From Chrysomallon squamiferum (lineage: Eukaryota > Animalia > Mollusca), in assembly GCA_012295275.1 (NCBI GenBank), contig CM022679.1:558001-622000 (forward strand): a stretch of 64,000 nucleotides of DNA. Reading direction: 5' to 3'. Position numbers and translations under genes: made by a program. The notes under the pieces are model-generated. The model saw only the letters and a program-made list of their open reading frames with translations, was not told where the DNA came from and ran no database searches. Of the stretch, positions 61,701 to 64,000 are shown piece after piece. The stretch's first letter is position 1; each line of letters opens with the position of its first letter.

Positions 61701-64000
61701 TTCCTGTCTATGGGAAGCTTCTGATACAAGATCACTTACTGCTAACCTGGATGAGTAGTCTGTTAATAACAAAGTATGTTTATTTCTTATTGAACAGATA
61801 TTCATTTATTAATTCATTAATTGCTTTTCTCTTTCAGTGGAATTATTGTCTTTTAAATATTTACTTTAAAATTAATACACATAGTTATTAAGCTGATGTA
61901 TATTTGTCACAGGGATAGTGTTTCCTTTATTTCATAATTCAGATTTATGTTTTTAATGTATATCTATAAATCATTACTCAGAAACTGTATTTTAGTTTCA
62001 TCCATGTCTATATATGTATATATATTTATTTTTTTTTTTTTTCCAAAAGAAGTAACCGGTGAGCAGCTACAGATTTGTGAAAGTGAGATGAAAGGCCAGG
62101 AAACCATGGTAACAGAAAGGGGAGACCCCCAGGAGCAGGATGTTAGAAATGTGGCATCCAAGAAACAGAAATACAAATGTGACTATTGTGGATGTGTCAT
62201 CAAAGGCCTGGTTTCGTACAAATGTACGTATGGACAGATGTGAACAGAGTCACATAAATAGACTGTGAAACTGTGAACAGAAATCAGTTTAAAGTCAGGT
62301 CATCCACATTAAAATATTGAATCAAATATAAAACTGTTACAATCTACAAATTTGATAATTATTTAATTTTCTTAATCAGACTTTGCTGAACTGAACGATC
62401 ATTTAACATATTTTGACAAAAGTAAAATATTTTTAGATTTTATATTCCTATTTTAGAAAAAATTTAGATTTTGAGATTTCTGCAACAGTATTTTAGAATT
62501 TTTATATTTATGCAGCAGTAAAACATTTTATATTTTTACCAGTACTAATTTCATATTTTTATATTCCTTCTAGTTTTTTTGTTCCCTTTGATAAAGAAAT
62601 AATTTTTCTGTATTATTTTTTATTCAGATCACGTTTTCAAGCACACAGGAGTGAAACCATTTCAGTGCGAGGTTTGTCCGAAGACGTTTACAAACAACAA
62701 GAGTTGCAAAATGCACATGAGAAAACACACAGGAGAAAAACCCTTTCTGTGAGTGTTCTTCAAAACATTCACAAACAGTACAGTGTAGTTTAGTCACAGG
62801 AAACTGAGACACTCCAGGCTACAGGATCAGTCCTTGCTTGTGTACACTTTGGACTCTTTACTAATACTACTCTAGTGGACAAATGGCTTAATTTCAAAAA
62901 ATTTCTCTCATTTTTTTTGTTTCGTATTATGTTTTTTTTGTTGGTCTTTTTGTTTTTTAGATTTTTGTTTTTGGGGGGGGATTGTTTTTTGTTTTTGTTT
63001 GTTAGATTGTTTGTCTGTTGTTGTTTTCTTGTTTTTATATTAACATTTGTAATATTATAAATTAGCTCCTATATTCCAAGAATGTTTTTTCCTTTTTACA
63101 GTTTGAAAAAAATATATATTATTTTATATATACATATATATAACTGATTATGTTTATTATTTTGTTTTCTTTTTGTTAAAAAGGTGCAACTTATGTGGAA
63201 AGAGTTTTAGCAGAGCACCCTCGCTGCAGTATCATTTGAAAGCTCACTCTGCAGGGGGGGGTGTCCCTGTGAAGTGTGACGTGTGTCAGCGCATGTTCAC
63301 CACGATGCTGCGCATGCAGAAACACATGAAGTGTAAACACCCAGAGCACCCCCCAGTCTTCAAATGTGTGCAGTGCGACAAAGTGTTCACTGCAGCTAGT
63401 AAGTCACATAGTGTCTACTTGGTTTTACTTATTGGTGTGTTACATTTTGTTAAAATCACTTATTACATTTGCTATAGAGATGGGAGGGTGGTGCTGCTAG
63501 TTATAAACACAAAAGAGGTTGTTAAATTAACAATAATTATTAAAAATAAAAAGTTATAACAGATTACATTTTATAAAAATATTAACGTTCTATTCCATTC
63601 CATTTTACAATAAACGATTCTAAGAAATTTCCCATGGCAACAGTTATTTAATTGCTGTAAATTTATCAGACATAACAGAGGATGCAAGTTTGTTCCAGTG
63701 TTGCTTGAAGTTGAGATGCTCTAGTAACATGTTTCAACACTAAACAAAACAAAATGTAATTTCAGGGAGTTTAAAACGTCACCAGGCCTCACATCAAGGA
63801 ATTCGACACTACCAGTGTCAGGTCTGTGGTCGCAGCTTCTTTCGAAAGGAATACCTCAACAGTCACATGCAGCAGCACCCCGAGGCAGGGCCTGCAGTGA
63901 CAACAACAAAGAGAAAGAAAATCAGTCAGTACCAGTGTCACTACTGCGGCCAGGTCTTCGCCAACGACAGCTACCTCAACAACCACTTGATAGAAGACCA
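53246..64000 (+). CDS. GIN1/Ginger-like integrase-derived C2H2 zinc-finger protein (3x integrase H2C2 module, degenerate integrase core, AT-hook, at least 7 C2H2 fingers); 3'-partial spliced gene
   Basis: 15 GT-AG exons with matching phases: 53246-53570, 54385-54641, 55175-55329, 55668-55801, 56098-56251, 56995-57679, 58010-58254 (one +1 frameshift), 58873-59066, 59474-59705, 59922-60130, 61135-61594, 62050-62223, 62628-62748, 63184-63398, 63766->64000. Confidence 0.85.
54385..54641 (+). CDS. Integrase-ZNF exon 2 (H2C2 zinc-binding domain 1)
   Basis: [37 protein letters not shown]...SFWQK. Confidence 0.88.
55175..55329 (+). CDS. Integrase-ZNF exon 3 (integrase core, first half)
   Basis: [52 protein letters not shown]. 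Confidence 0.88.
55668..55801 (+). CDS. Integrase-ZNF exon 4 (degenerate core)
   Basis: [45 protein letters not shown]. Confidence 0.8.
56098..56251 (+). CDS. Integrase-ZNF exon 5 (end of core)
   Basis: [52 protein letters not shown]. Confidence 0.85.
56226..56696 (+). repeat. 52-bp tandem repeat x9 spanning a splice donor (ACACCAGACTTCCTGGTGTACAACAG|gttagtttcatttagctgtaaatctg)
   Basis: Near-perfect copies at 52-bp spacing; 26 nt exon + 26 nt intron. Confidence 0.95.
56995..57679 (+). CDS. Integrase-ZNF exon 6 (S/T-rich linker, AT-hook)
   Basis: EIPLPQNL...TRYGRVS...[13 protein letters not shown]...YSLDK. Confidence 0.85.
58010..58254 (+). CDS. Integrase-ZNF exon 7 (YPYY-like module 2; +1 frameshift near 58076)
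   Basis: [22 protein letters not shown] / [59 protein letters not shown]. Confidence 0.8.
58873..59066 (+). CDS. Integrase-ZNF exon 8 (H2C2 domain 2)
   Basis: [65 protein letters not shown]. Confidence 0.82.
59084..59215. repeat. 30-bp tandem repeat x~4.5 (tatctttatacatttactttatacagccaa)
   Basis: Visible directly, just after a donor site. Confidence 0.88.
59474..59705 (+). CDS. Integrase-ZNF exon 9 (YPYY-like module 3)
   Basis: [77 protein letters not shown]. Confidence 0.88.
59922..60130 (+). CDS. Integrase-ZNF exon 10 (H2C2 domain 3)
   Basis: [44 protein letters not shown]...FVAK. Confidence 0.88.
60350..60830. repeat. ~48-51-bp minisatellite (taacataactggtgttagacaaatacagctgttattgttattatt)
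   Basis: ~9 degenerate units. Confidence 0.88.
61135..61594 (+). CDS. Integrase-ZNF exon 11 (acidic linker)
   Basis: [19 protein letters not shown]...[12 protein letters not shown] bounded, phase 0 to 1. Confidence 0.8.
62050..62223 (+). CDS. Integrase-ZNF exon 12 (start of C2H2 array)
   Basis: EVTGEQLQ...[20 protein letters not shown]. Confidence 0.82.
62628..62748 (+). CDS. Integrase-ZNF exon 13 (C2H2 fingers)
   Basis: [41 protein letters not shown]. Confidence 0.92.
63184..63398 (+). CDS. Integrase-ZNF exon 14 (C2H2 fingers)
   Basis: [71 protein letters not shown]. Confidence 0.92.
63766..64000 (+). CDS. Integrase-ZNF exon 15 (C2H2 fingers, runs off window)
   Basis: [38 protein letters not shown]...[23 protein letters not shown]. 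Confidence 0.92.

Overview
AT-rich, microsatellite-dense animal genomic DNA (invertebrate; lophotrochozoan/mollusc-like by inference only), not prokaryotic. Almost all ORFs in the supplied track are artefacts of simple repeats. Reading splice sites by hand gives three intron-rich genes. (1) The 3' six coding exons of a synaptotagmin-15-like tandem-C2 gene (+, 7680-21963). (2) A complete V-ATPase V0 subunit a gene (-, CDS 48449 to 27821, 22 coding exons), with a probable 5'UTR exon at ~52275-52320 and CLEAR-like E-boxes next to it; its second coding exon is damaged as sequenced. (3) Head-to-head with it, a gene (+, 53246 to beyond 64000, at least 15 exons) that looks like a domesticated GIN1/Ginger-type integrase. 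It has three copies of the integrase N-terminal YPYY+H2C2 zinc-binding module, an integrase core with the DDE triad apparently lost, an AT-hook, and at least 7 C2H2 zinc fingers. The second notable pattern is that at least 11 exon-intron junctions across all three genes have been tandemly duplicated into the intron (2 to ~50 copies), producing arrays of decoy splice sites. All coordinates and translations were derived by eye; no database searches were run.
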